Shown one piece after another: positions 40,492 through 52,975 of a DNA stretch of 64,000 nucleotides. The notes beneath the pieces are model-generated. The model saw only the letters and a list, made by a program, of their open reading frames with translations. It ran no database searches and had not been told where the DNA came from. Source of the DNA: Piromyces finnis finn (taxonomy: Eukaryota; Fungi; Neocallimastigomycota); the NCBI GenBank assembly GCA_002104945.1, contig MCFH01000030.1, positions 434,001 to 498,000 on the forward strand. Reading direction: 5' to 3'. The first letter of the stretch is position 1. Every line of letters begins with the position of its first letter. A program made the translations under genes and the position numbers.

Positions 40492-42243
40492 TTAATATCT
40501 AGTATAATAGTTTTCACTGGCTTTCCTTACTTTATTATAGTAAGGATCACTATTCTTTCTGTTATTATTATTATAATAGCCTTCAATATTTTTTCTTACA
40601 TTATGATATGAATCACTATTTTTTCTACCACTGGAATAATAGCCTTCACTATTTTTTCTTACATTATGGTATGAATCACTATTTTTTCTACCACTGGAAT
40701 AATAGCCTTCACTATTTTTTCTTACATTATGGTATGAATCACTATTTTTTCTACCACTGGAATAATAGCCTTCACTATTTTTTCTTACATTATGGTATGA
40801 ATCACTATTTTTTCTACCGCTGGAATAATAGCTATCATTATTTTTTCTTACATTATAATAATTAGTTGTATTACTATAACAATCAATTTCAGTTATATTA
40901 TTAGAATTAGATTCTCTATTATTTAAATCATTTTTGAAATTATTATAGTTAAAGATATTATTTTGTGAATTATAATCATAATTATAATCATCAAAAATAT
41001 TTATAGTATTGGTAGTAATAGTGCTTTTAGTACTATTTTCCTTTATTAAATTGGTTGATTCTGAATAAGTACTATTATTGGGTATCTTCCCTGTTACAGG
41101 TTCATTACATATTGTATCGATGGTTGGAGATAATGGTGGTGAGGTAGTAAAAGTAGAATTTAAATAGGTCAAGTTTATATTGGTTGTTGGTGTGTTAAAT
41201 TTGGTGTTACTGGAAGAACCAGTAATTTCGGAAATTCCAGAAATATTGAAATATTTTGGTTGACTACGTTCAACGTAGCATTTTAATAAAATTTGATCAA
41301 TATACATAAAAGTAAAATTAACACTAATAACAACTTGACGAAATTGTTCTACTGTTGTTTCAATATTACTAAATTTACTGTTTAATATATACGATAAATC
41401 ACTTTCACTATTACTAACGGCATCAGCATTATACCTACGCAAATTAACATTTGCATATCTATAGAATAAAAGAATAATTGTACCGATTAAAAATGGAAGA
41501 AATATCATAGTACAAATCATAGATACAATAATACGAAATTCTGATACTCTTTTAAATCTTTCCATAAAATTATTTGGTGAAATTTTCTTTTCAATTTCAT
41601 ATTTATTATTAGGTAATTCTTTTAATTTATTGAAAAGATTTTTTCTTAAACATAAAATAATAGAAATATCATATAATAAACTGGAGATTTGCATTGCTGT
41701 AATTGTACCCCACCAATAAAGTTTGAATTTTAAATAATCATCCTTCTTTGTACTTAAATCCATTGGTATTTTCATAAAGTAGGTATAAGCATTTAATATT
41801 CTGAAAATATTATAAATACCATAGGTTATATAAACTACTTTTAATTTCTTTTTATTATTTGTAACAGCATATGTTCTCATTAAAGGATATAAATCCCCTA
41901 ATAATTCTCCTATAGCCCAGAATACATTTGCAACGGCACAATTCCAATACCAACGTTTTGTACTATATGGCCAATAGGTATTTTTTTCTTTTGGAATTAA
42001 ATCCATTGTAAATCTAAATGCATCACCCGTTGATCTAAATAGCCAATGCAATATTAATATTACTACTACTGGCCTTTTTAATTTATTTTTATTTAACAAT
42101 ATGATTACTAATACCCATGGGAAAAACAAACTTGTAATAAATTTTTCTGAACTTAATTGTATTACATCGATTTTATTTATAATTTTCTGACCAAATCTAT
42201 TGACTAATTTATCATCTACAAAATTCTGTATTTCCAATACCAT
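40492..42243 (-). CDS. 7TM GPCR-like membrane protein, paralog 4, with a tandem-repeat cytoplasmic tail
   Basis: FPWVLVIILL, GELLGDLYPLMRT, YWW, RFKRVSEFR, MYIDQ. The C-terminus carries 21-aa repeats. Confidence 0.8.
   Translation of the reverse strand: MVLEIQNFVDDKLVNRFGQKIINKIDVIQLSSEKFITSLFFPWVLVIILLNKNKLKRPVVVILILHWLFRSTGDAFRFTMDLIPKEKNTYWPYSTKRWYWNCAVANVFWAIGELLGDLYPLMRTYAVTNNKKKLKVVYITYGIYNIFRILNAYTYFMKIPMDLSTKKDDYLKFKLYWWGTITAMQISSLLYDISIILCLRKNLFNKLKELPNNKYEIEKKISPNNFMERFKRVSEFRIIVSMICTMIFLPFLIGTIILLFYRYANVNLRRYNADAVSNSESDLSYILNSKFSNIETTVEQFRQVVISVNFTFMYIDQILLKCYVERSQPKYFNISGISEITGSSSNTKFNTPTTNINLTYLNSTFTTSPPLSPTIDTICNEPVTGKIPNNSTYSESTNLIKENSTKSTITTNTINIFDDYNYDYNSQNNIFNYNNFKNDLNNRESNSNNITEIDCYSNTTNYYNVRKNNDSYYSSGRKNSDSYHNVRKNSEGYYSSGRKNSDSYHNVRKNSEGYYSSGRKNSDSYHNVRKNSEGYYSSGRKNSDSYHNVRKNIEGYYNNNNRKNSDPYYNKVRKASENYYTRY
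40495..40855 (-). repeat. 63-bp coding minisatellite (YYSSGRKNSDSYHNVRKNSEG, 4 copies plus 1 degenerate)
   Basis: The DNA unit ccttcactattttttcttacattatggtatgaatcactattttttctaccactggaataatag is repeated in tandem. Confidence 0.92.
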
Positions 42244-43956
42244 TTTTTTATTATTATTAGCAGTAATAGTGTATATTGTATATTTTATATTCTTTTTTAT
42301 TATTATTATTTTTTTTTACAAAATATTGCTTTATACTTTTTTTTTTCTTATCTTCTATTTTTTAATATATTCATAATTATTTATTATTATTGTTATTATT
42401 ATATTAATACTTACAAAAGCCTATTTATGTTTAGATAATAACAACAAATAATAATATCTTTTTTTATATTTATATAAATATATTTCTTTTCTTTTTTTTG
42501 CTTTAAAGAAAAAAAAAAAACTAATAAAACCAGTGACTTTCTTTACTTTTTATATTTTTAAAATTATTTGACTTTTTAAATGAATAACAGATCATCTTTT
42601 TTAATATAACAAAAAGTATTAAAAAATTTATATTTAATTAATATTTTTTTTTAGAAAACATTTAATAACAAATAAAATTTTATAATTAATAAAATTTATT
42701 TTTTTTATCCAATAAAAAGTCGAGAAATTTGTTTTTAATTGATTCATATGAAAATCAATTTTACTTTTATAGTAAATGGTAATTTATTACCATTATTCTT
42801 CAATCTGTTAGAATAAATTAAAAATTATATCAATAATATATTAATAAATTTATATTAATATATCTGAAATTATTATAGTATAGGATGAATATTAATATTA
42901 TCCCAAATTCCATCATATATTAACGATATATATCCATATTATTTCATAAGAATATAAATTAAAAATAAATTAATATTAATAAAAAAAATTTTTATATAAA
43001 GAATTTTATTTTTTTTTGTTGGAAAAAATGAAATGGACAAACATCAAACTCAAACAACAACAAACCACTATCACCAATAATAATACCAATAAGAAATAAG
43101 AATTATAACAATGATAATAAAAATAATAAACGTCTTTATTTATGTTTTTTTTTAAAAAAAATCTTAAACTCTAGAATATTAAGTATAAAATATTTATTGA
43201 ATATAAAAAAAAATAGGTATATAAATTCATGATGAAGATGTAGTATAAAAATTACTTGTTATCTTGTTATATAAAAAAGCAAAAAAGTAAAAAATAAAAG
43301 TATCAATTTTAAAATAAAAGTGGATGTAACAATAACTATGACAATATAAAAAAATATTGATAAAAAAGAAAATGTTACCAAACTAATTATTAAACTAAAA
43401 ATAATTAAATATTTATGGAATATTTTTTAATTATTAGTATTACATCTACATTAAAAAATGAAACAAAATAAATTAAAAAATCTAAATCAAGAGTTTATTA
43501 TTTATAAATATATAATGTTTATCCCAATAATGTATAAATTAAATAATATAAAATTTAACAATAATATTAAAAATACACTACCTTATCATTTCATAATATT
43601 ATATGAAACATATTGAAATAAAAGATTACTTCAAATAACTAAAAACTACCTAAACTATTTTTATTTTTTTAATGATAAAAAATTATATATTTTTTTTGAA
43701 GAGATTTATAATTACTTCAAATATATACTAATAACATTTATTTATTATTATTGTAAAACAAGAGAAAATTATATATTAAATTTAATTTTTTATATTAAAT
43801 AGTCATTTTTTAATTTATATAAAAATGTTAATTTATTTATTGGAACCAATGATATTGAAGTATTTCAAAATATTTAAATTAAATTTTATTTATATTAACT
43901 AAATTTTAATAAATATTAAAGTTTGATAAATAAAAAATTTTAATATTAATTTTATA

Positions 43957-44422
43957 GATTAAAAGAAATAATGATTATTTATTATAGATATTATAATAAT
44001 TTATAAATTCAAATGTTGATATGGTATGCTTTATGCTTTATAAAATATAACTATTTATTAAATATTAAAAGAAAAATAATTTTTTTTTATAACTATTACT
44101 TATTAACCTTGAAACTATTTAAACTATTTAATTTGCTAGATGATGAATAAAAATGTATAAATACTGAAATTGAACATAACATTATGTAATTACAATGGCA
44201 ATATACAATGCAATATTGTTATGTTATGTATGTAAATATTTTCACAATGTTTTTATAATAAATGATAATATTGTTTTTTTTTTTTTATTATAATTGTTAT
44301 ACTCTTATGAAATATTTATGATATAATAAAATAGAATTAATGAAATCAAAATGATAATTAAAAAATGCATATAAAAAGTTTTATGAATGAACACTTAAAG
44401 GTTATAATAATATTTTTTATTT
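43957..44422 (+). repeat. Direct repeat copy 1 (~466 bp) flanking the Rpn-like gene
   Basis: Near-identical to 46340-46838, from gattaaaagaaataatgattatttattatag to ggttataataatattttttattt. Confidence 0.88.
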
Positions 44423-44439
44423 CATTCATTTTTTTGATT

Positions 44440-45765
44440 AAATTTTTATTTTTTTTACTACTTTTACTTTCATCATCTTCATTAGAAGTATAATAGGAAA
44501 TTTTAAAAGAATCACAAGTTTCATAAATAAAATTGGCATCAATATTTATTTTTTTGGCTAAATCCGTAGCATTACGTTCAGATTCCTTTAAGAATTCATC
44601 AATAATGTTTATTTCATTTTCTGGAAGTTTAGAAAATCTTTTAATAAAAGATAAATCTGAATTTGAATGAAATATTCAAATGTAGTTTCAACATGAGTTT
44701 CTCTTTTTCCAATTTCTTTTCCTTCTTTTCTTCCTTTTATTATTCCTTTCTTTTCTCCAATTTCTTCTCCTTCTTTTAAATATTTTCTTTTATTATATTC
44801 TCGAATTGATTTTTCTGTTATTATTGAATCTATTCTACTATTATATTCTTTTTTAAAATTTTCATCATCTTGTAAAAGTAATAATTCAAATCTTGCTTTT
44901 TTGTATACATCTTCTGTATCTTCATTTCTAAATATTGGATCATTTGGATTATTTAAAAATTTGATCCATAGATTTTCCTCTTCATCGCTAATATCATCAT
45001 CTTCGATATCATCTTTGTCATCATTTTTTTTATTATTATATAATAATTTATCATTGTAAACATTATCGTCATTATTGTTTTTATTCTTAATTTTAAATTT
45101 AGGTAATTCAATAAAGTGAATTGTTGATAATTTACAATTACAACTGTCATTATCCATTATTATTTCATTACCCTTTTTGTCAATGAGAATATTCATTTTT
45201 TCGTCGATTAACTTTCCATTGACATTTTGATAAAACTTTCCCTTATAAAAAGCTACACCATTTCTAGGAAAGTATTTATAGCCGATTCTATCGTCAAACA
45301 TTTTATAATTTAATATATTAATCATAATGATTTCTGGAATAACTTCATATGCCTATCCTTTTAATACAGTAATGGACATTAATCTTGAAGCATAAAATTC
45401 AGATCGATTAAACATACTACCTACATTTGAAACTTGAATTTCAATATTTACGAGTTCTTCGTCTTTCTCTGCAATATCTTCTGCTGATCTTAATTTTTTT
45501 TGTTAATTTTTTAATTTTTACTTACCAATATATCAATTCTTGAAAATTTTTCTTTTATACTCTCTGCCATTAATTTTTTATCAAGAAATCTAACATTATT
45601 AATGGTAAAATCAAAATCACCATAATACTTTAATACACTATTTAAAAAATGAACTAAAATTTCTTTATTATTTTCATTACCAAATAATCTTTTAAAAATA
45701 ATATCAACAGTTGGTCTTATAGTAATGACTCTTTCATTACTTCTATTTAAAAATTCTTTATCCAT
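44440..45765 (-). pseudogene. Rpn-family (PD-(D/E)XK nuclease / putative transposase, PDDEXK_2-like) gene of bacterial type, disrupted
   Basis: RPTVDIIFKRLFG, RIDIL..VNIEIQ, RSEFYASRL, IHFIELPKF, WIKFL and the EEGEEIGEKKGIIKGRKEG tail are Rpn hallmarks. Lesions: an in-frame TAG at 45355-45353, a frame break or intron at about 45525-45467, and a frameshift near 44670. Confidence 0.85.
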
Positions 45766-45832
45766 TTCTCTTAGCAATTTAAATAAATGATCATAAGAAA
45801 TAAATATTTAAATATTTAGATAAAATTTATAT

Positions 45833-45867
<35 letters not shown>

Positions 45868-46339
45868 CTCTTTAATATATATTCAATGAAGTTTATGATT
45901 TATTTTAGCTGAGTAAATTATATACATACATTTTTTCATTTTAAATATATATTTATTAAATATTATTAAATAACTTTTAATAACTATTTTAACCACCTTT
46001 ATTTCAAATACCTTTATTGTCTTTTATTAAAATAAATGATAATGGTGGTTAAATCTTACTCATTAAATTATCATTGATTGTATTATTGATTATTAATTAA
46101 CTATTAATTAATAATTAATAAATAGTAATTAATAATTATAATTTTAAAGGATTAATGAAGTTTTTTTAAGTATAAAAAAAAAAAAATTTTTGTTTTATTT
46201 TTTAATAAATATAATTTTAATATAAGATAAAGTAATATTAATAAATAATAAATAATATGATTTAATTTCTTTTTTTTTTTCATTTATTTAACTTAAAACA
46301 CTACCTCAAAAGTAAAATAAAATATAATTATACTTTATT

Positions 46340-46838
46340 GATTAAAAGAAATAATGATTATTTATTATAGATATTATAATAATTTATAAATTCAAATGTT
46401 GATATGGTATGCTTTATGCTTTATAAAATATAACTATTTATTAAATATTAAAAGAAAAATAATTTTTTTTTATAACTATTACTTATTAACCTTGAAACTA
46501 TTTAAACTATTTAATTTGCTAGATGATGAATAAAAATGTATAAATGCTGAAATTGAACATTATGTAATTACAATGGCAATATACAATGCAATATTGTTAT
46601 GTTATGTATGTAAATATTTTCACAATGTTTTTATAATAAATGAAAATATTTTTTTTTTTTATTATTGTTATACTCTTATGAAATATTTATGATATAATAA
46701 AATAGAATTAATGAAATCAAAATGATAATATTTATGATATAATAAAATAGAATTAATGAAATCAAAATGATAATTAAGAAATGCATATAAAAAGTTTTAT
46801 GAATGAACATTTAAAGGTTATAATAATATTTTTTATTT
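46340..46838 (+). repeat. Direct repeat copy 2 (~499 bp), with an internal ~45-bp tandem duplication
   Basis: Matches 43957-44422. The segment tatttatgatataataaaatagaattaatgaaatcaaaatgataat appears twice in this copy. Confidence 0.88.
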
Positions 46839-48155
46839 ATTTATTCGTTTATATATATATTTGATTTTAAAAAAATTATAATGATTATTCTATTTTATAT
46901 TTAAACTTTTATTTTTTATTCTTTTTTAATTAAAAAATCGAATATACATAAAGCGATTGAAATATTTTATTAATAAATGATAATTTTATTTTTTAAATAA
47001 AAGTAATTCAAATTATTTGAAACCATATATGATTATCTTATTTTATTAAATGATTATACTATGCAATGCAATAAAATAAAAACAATTTATTTAATATTAT
47101 AGATTATAATTTATTTAATAAAAAAAATAATAAAAATGTAAATTTATAAAATACACGAATAAAGTATATGGGAAAAAACAATACTTTTAATCACCACTAC
47201 ATATAAATATTTATATAAATTTAGTTTTATTTAAAAAAAATTAAAACTTGATTATTAAAAAAAAAAAAGAATTAGTGGACTAGTTAATAATATTTATTTT
47301 TTTTACAAACAACAATGTACTATGTCATAGTAATAAAAGAAGAACGTTCCCATTATTTTATAAAACACTATATTATAATAATTCCTTATAATTCCCTCTA
47401 ATTATTATTTATAATTTGACTTTAAAAAATAAAATTGAATTATTTAAAAATTATTAAAGTTTTTAAAAGAAATTAATTAAAAATTTGGGAGATTTTTTTT
47501 ATTTATTTTTTTTTTTTTTTTAATAATTAAAATTTAATAATTGAAAAATAAATTTATGTTTTATAAAGTTTATTTATTATGTTTATTAAATTTAATTTAA
47601 TAAAGGTAATTACAAAGATTTTATTAATACATTTACAATTTTCTTTTTATACTAAAATATGTGGCTAATGTTAATTAGTAATCCTTTACATTACGATTAT
47701 TATAAGAAGCATTACATTAGTAATTTACATTATGATTTTATTATTAATTAAAGTTTAATATTGTTAATATAAATTTTTATTAGTAATTAAATTCTAGCTG
47801 AATTATAAACATTTTTGTAAATTATTTTTATGATTAATTTAAAAAAATAAAAAAATAATAAAAAAAAGCATTAAATATTAAACTATTATAATAACATATT
47901 ATAAATATTATTAAAAAGATTTTCATTATATAGTTATTGTACGTACTTGTTTTATCAAATATTACTACTAATTATATTATTAATTTATTGATAATGACAG
48001 TTTCTTTACTATATTTATAATATTTTTTTTTATTAATTAAAAATTTCATTATTTACAATATGAAGTGGTGTATACTATATTACATATAATTAATAATTAT
48101 CTTTTTTTTGGTATACAATTAAAAAAAATAGTAGATTAATTATTTTTTTTAATTT

Positions 48156-49442
48156 TTAATTTAGATAAGGCATATTTATGAAATAGTTATTATTACTATC
48201 TCTTTTATTGTTGTTGTTATAAGGGTTGTCATTGACATTTCCCAAATCATTTAAATAATAATTAGAATCATTATATATATTTCCAGGTCTTTTGTTGATA
48301 TAAAAAGTATTTAATGTGGATGTAATAGTTTCTGTAGGGGAAGATGCTAAAGCTTGAGGAGGAGGATTTTGAGAAACATCATAAAATGTAATTTCACTAG
48401 AATTTTGAGAATAGTTTCTTTTATGATTATTATCCATACTATGATTGGTAGTAGTATTAAAAGGTTTAATGTTTAAAGTGATATTACTATGATCACTGTT
48501 GTTGTTAAAGTTGTTAGTATTACCATTAGCATTTACAGAGGAAGTTTGATTCTTTTTATCCGAAAAAGTTTTTAATAAAATTTGATCAATATACATCATG
48601 GTATAATTAAAACTTAATACGGTTTGACGAAATTGTTCAATTTGACCGTCAATGACCAATTGACCATTCATGGTATTGGCATGGTAACGTTGAATAAGAT
48701 GAACAATAAAATAAATTAGGAAAGGAAGGAATAACAATGAAATAGTCATCGAACAAATAATACGTAATTCAGAAATACTTTTAAATTTATCCATAAAGGT
48801 TTGTTTAGTAAAATGACCGTATTCTTTAAGTTTATTAAAAAGACCGGTTTTTAAGGCATAAATAACAGAAATATCATAAAGACAACTAGTCATTTGCATA
48901 ATAAAGATAGAAATCCACCAATATAAATTAAATTTTCCAAGACCATGATTTGGCGTACCATGAATATTAGCTCTTAAATCGACGGAACTGGTAAAATACG
49001 TTGACATACCATAAATTTTAGCAATATTATAGAAAATACAGGTAGTATAGACTATTTTATTTTTCATATCATTTTTTGTCACTGCTAATGTTCTTAATAA
49101 AGGATACCAATCACCAACTATTTCTCCACTTAACCATACCACATGAGCCAAGGCTTGACTAATATACCAATTTTTCATTGAATAAGGCCAAACCATGTTT
49201 ATTTCATTTTTTCTAAATACCATTGTATTTCTTAAGAAATCACCTAACGATCTTAAAAACCAATGCAAAATTAATATAAGAATAACTGGTCTTTTCCAAT
49301 TTTTATTATTTAAAAGTAGTATAACACTCATCCATAAAAAAAAATCACTTTTAATAAATGGAATAAATAAATTTTCATAATCTTCAGCTTTTGCTTTTTG
49401 TAAATTTTGATAATTTCTATGATATTGTAAAACCGCTTCCAT
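48156..49442 (-). CDS. 7TM GPCR-like membrane protein, paralog 5
   Basis: FLWMSVILLL, WKRP, GEIVGDWYPLLRT, YWW, KFKSISELR, MYIDQ. Confidence 0.8.
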   Translation of the reverse strand: MEAVLQYHRNYQNLQKAKAEDYENLFIPFIKSDFFLWMSVILLLNNKNWKRPVILILILHWFLRSLGDFLRNTMVFRKNEINMVWPYSMKNWYISQALAHVVWLSGEIVGDWYPLLRTLAVTKNDMKNKIVYTTCIFYNIAKIYGMSTYFTSSVDLRANIHGTPNHGLGKFNLYWWISIFIMQMTSCLYDISVIYALKTGLFNKLKEYGHFTKQTFMDKFKSISELRIICSMTISLLFLPFLIYFIVHLIQRYHANTMNGQLVIDGQIEQFRQTVLSFNYTMMYIDQILLKTFSDKKNQTSSVNANGNTNNFNNNSDHSNITLNIKPFNTTTNHSMDNNHKRNYSQNSSEITFYDVSQNPPPQALASSPTETITSTLNTFYINKRPGNIYNDSNYYLNDLGNVNDNPYNNNNKRDSNNNYFINMPYLN

Positions 49443-49889
49443 TATTGTCTTATTATTTATTAGTTAAAATAAGAAATTTTTTATTTTATTTTATTCTATT
49501 TATTATTATTTTTTTCTTTTCTTTTATAAATCTTTGATATATCCTTTATTGAATAGTAAAATAGATAATGGTAATAATAGATTGTATTTTTATTATATAT
49601 ATAAAAGAATGAATATTTAAAATTTTACAAAATTACTAAAAAGTTTTTTTTTAATTATTACTTTTTTTTATTAAAAAAAAAAAAAAAAAAAAAATAAAAG
49701 AAAAACTTTATAGGTTTTTATATTATTTATCATAAACTATTCATAATTCATCGTATTTATTATTTTATATAAAATAATCCCATTGAACAATAGATTTTAT
49801 TAATTATATATATTACCAGATTGTTTTTTAAAATTTATTCAATATAAAATGAAATTATAATAAACTTTTTTTTCTATTATTATTTATTA

Positions 49890-50044
<155 letters not shown>

Positions 50045-51202
50045 ATTATTTTTTATATTATTATTTATTATTAATTAAAAGGTATTTTAAAAAGAAAAAT
50101 AATTGATAACAATTTTAATATACCATATTTTCATATTTTCAAATGATATTATTAGGATAAAAAAAAAAACATGTTAACATATAACATAACAGAGAATAAT
50201 TAAAAAAAAAAAAAAAAACTTTATAATTATCACTTTTGTAATATATAAATAAAAATAATATTGTTATTATTATTATTATAATTAATAATTATAAACAATG
50301 ATTATTAGATAATAATATATATTTTAAAATTTCATTGTTAATACTAAATAATAATAAAATAAAAACCACCAGTGTGCTTGTGTAATATAAAATATAAAAT
50401 TAACAAATTTAATAAATAAAAAAAAAAAGTATAAATAATGTTTTTTTTTTCTTTCTTTATATAATTTAATATTATAATTCATAAAATAAATTAAAAAAGT
50501 TCTAAAAATAGAATTCAATGAATGAAGTAATAAAAATAATAATAATAAAAAAAAAAAAAATACCATTTAGAAATAATATAAATGTTTAATTTTATTTTTA
50601 AATTCATTAATATAAAAAACTTAAAAATATTATGTTTCATTTTTATATTTATTTATATTTATGATAAATACACTTTTTCAATGATTACAATGCATTTTAA
50701 ATTTTGTATTATGAAATGATTAATAAATATTGGTTCTTTTCATTTTTTTTCCTTTTCTTAAACAATGTTAGGTTTCAAAATAATAATAATTGATAATAAT
50801 TATCATCAAGATCCATTAAAATTCATCATACTCATGATATAAAAAAAAACATTAATTTTTTAAAAAATATATAGAATTAATATTAAAATAAAGAAAATTG
50901 AGGAATAAAAATAGATTAAAAAAAAGAGAAAAAGAGAAATAACTTGCTATAATTTCTAATTATTATTAATCTTTTTTTTTTAATACTTTTTATGTATATA
51001 CCACAAAAGAAGTAAATAATTACTTTTTATGTACATACATCGAAACTTTGGCACCATGAAAACTTTTTCTTTTTTTACTTTAAATTTTATTTATTTATTA
51101 TTATTGTATCTATGTATATTTTATTTTATTTATTTATTTATTATAATAAATTTATTAAATAATAAAGTTTTTTTTTCTTAAAAAAGTAAAGTATAATTAT
51201 AA

Positions 51203-51370
51203 TAAATTATATCTATTATGGAAGGGGTAATTTCTATGATAATTTATATCTATTATAAAAGGTTAATTACTATTATGATAATTTATATCTATTATATATA
51301 TATATATAATGATTTCTATGATATTGTTTATATCAATTATATATACATAGGGTAATTTCTATGATAGTCT
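51203..51370. repeat. Imperfect AT-rich minisatellite downstream of paralog 6
   Basis: Recurring taatttctatgat and aatttatatctattat units. Confidence 0.6.
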
Positions 51371-51538
51371 AATTCAATGATGTTATTTATCATATATGGA
51401 TTATTATGAATATGAAGTAAAAAGAATTTTTAAAATAGAAATGAATTAACTACTTTTCTTTTTATCCATTATTTAATTTATAGCAATTTTATTATACATT
51501 ATATATTTCAAGCAATTATTATTATTATTATTTTTTTT

Positions 51539-52975
51539 TTAATAATTACTATAACTAAATATTTTTATATTTGAAACTTTACTACGACAACCAGAAGGGT
51601 ATAACGATGGGTTCTTATACGATGAATTATTATTATTATTAGAAGAAGAATGATTGGAATTACCACTCATGTAATAATCATTTGTAGCTGTATTATAATA
51701 ATTAATATAATTATTATAATAATTATATTTATTATTATTTTCATTTTCATAATAATTAGGATTAAGATTATATTTATTATATTTATTTTCATTTGTACTT
51801 TGATGAGTTGCTGAACTTTGGGTATCTTTATAAAAATTATTAACAGGTTTACAATATGTCTCTACTATAGAACTAATAGAGTTTACAGGTAATGGAGGTT
51901 CTTCTTCATACCCATTACCATTGGAATGATATTCATGGTACGAATGATAGGAATGATGAGATAGATTTTCATTTACACTTTTTGATGATGAGAGTAAATT
52001 TGTATTTGAAAAAGAAGGAAAACTTATACTGGAATGATCTTTAGATTTTAAGGAATATTTCCTATATGATTTTCTTGGTTTACTACGACGACCAACATAG
52101 CATATTAATAAAACTTGATCGATGTACATTAAAACAAAATTAACATCAATGAGAGCACGTCTTATTTGATCCACACTAAAATAATCTATTTCATTTATTC
52201 CAATCTTTTCATTGCTATATAATAAATTAACATAGACTATAATAATAGTAATAAGAATAGGTAAATATAATATAGTAACAAACATTGAAATGAAAATACG
52301 GAATTCCGATATTCTTTTAAAACGTTCGATAAACGAATTGTTTCTTTCTTTGAAGAAATTTAATTGACTAAAAAGATTTTGTTTCAAACAAATGATAATG
52401 GATAAATCATAAATAAAACTTGCAATTTGAATTAGGGCCACAATAATCCACCATTGAAGAGTATATAACTTATCATCAGCAGGGTCTGGTAAATTGACTT
52501 GTCTAGGTATGGCAATAAAATAAAAGAGAATACTACATACCTTTGTCATATTATACAATAAACAGGTAACATAAATAAATCTTATTTTTTTCTTATTGTT
52601 TATGATTGCCTTTGTTCTTACCAAAGGATACCAATCCCCAATTATTTCACCAGTAGACCAAAATACATTAGCTAAAGCCGTTCCTATCATATAAGCTTTT
52701 TCATTTAATTTATTTATTTTAAAAGTTGGATCTTTTATTAATAAATACATGAATTGGTTTAAACAGTCTCCCGTTGATCGAAATATCCAATGAACTATTA
52801 ATAATATTAATACCGGTCTTTTCCAATTATTTCTATTCATAATAATAACCAAAAAAGTCCATGCGAAAAAAAGACTTTTAATATAAGATACCGGCATCAA
52901 TTGATATGAATTAATAGGACCATATGGAAATGTCGTTTTTTTATTCGTTTCAATACATGATATTAGACTTTCCAT
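51539..52975 (-). CDS. 7TM GPCR-like membrane protein, paralog 6
   Basis: FAWTFLVIIM, WKRP, GEIIGDWYPLVRTKA, QWW, RFKRISEFR, MYIDQ. Confidence 0.8.
   Translation of the reverse strand: MESLISCIETNKKTTFPYGPINSYQLMPVSYIKSLFFAWTFLVIIMNRNNWKRPVLILLIVHWIFRSTGDCLNQFMYLLIKDPTFKINKLNEKAYMIGTALANVFWSTGEIIGDWYPLVRTKAIINNKKKIRFIYVTCLLYNMTKVCSILFYFIAIPRQVNLPDPADDKLYTLQWWIIVALIQIASFIYDLSIIICLKQNLFSQLNFFKERNNSFIERFKRISEFRIFISMFVTILYLPILITIIIVYVNLLYSNEKIGINEIDYFSVDQIRRALIDVNFVLMYIDQVLLICYVGRRSKPRKSYRKYSLKSKDHSSISFPSFSNTNLLSSSKSVNENLSHHSYHSYHEYHSNGNGYEEEPPLPVNSISSIVETYCKPVNNFYKDTQSSATHQSTNENKYNKYNLNPNYYENENNNKYNYYNNYINYYNTATNDYYMSGNSNHSSSNNNNNSSYKNPSLYPSGCRSKVSNIKIFSYSNY

Noticed and set aside
40550-40855. 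CRISPR-like array
   Set aside because: The units are contiguous near-identical 63-mers with no unique spacers, inside a eukaryotic CDS.
43957-46838. LTR retrotransposon or TRIM explanation for the direct repeats
   Set aside because: No TG..CA termini, PBS, PPT, TSD or retroelement ORFs.
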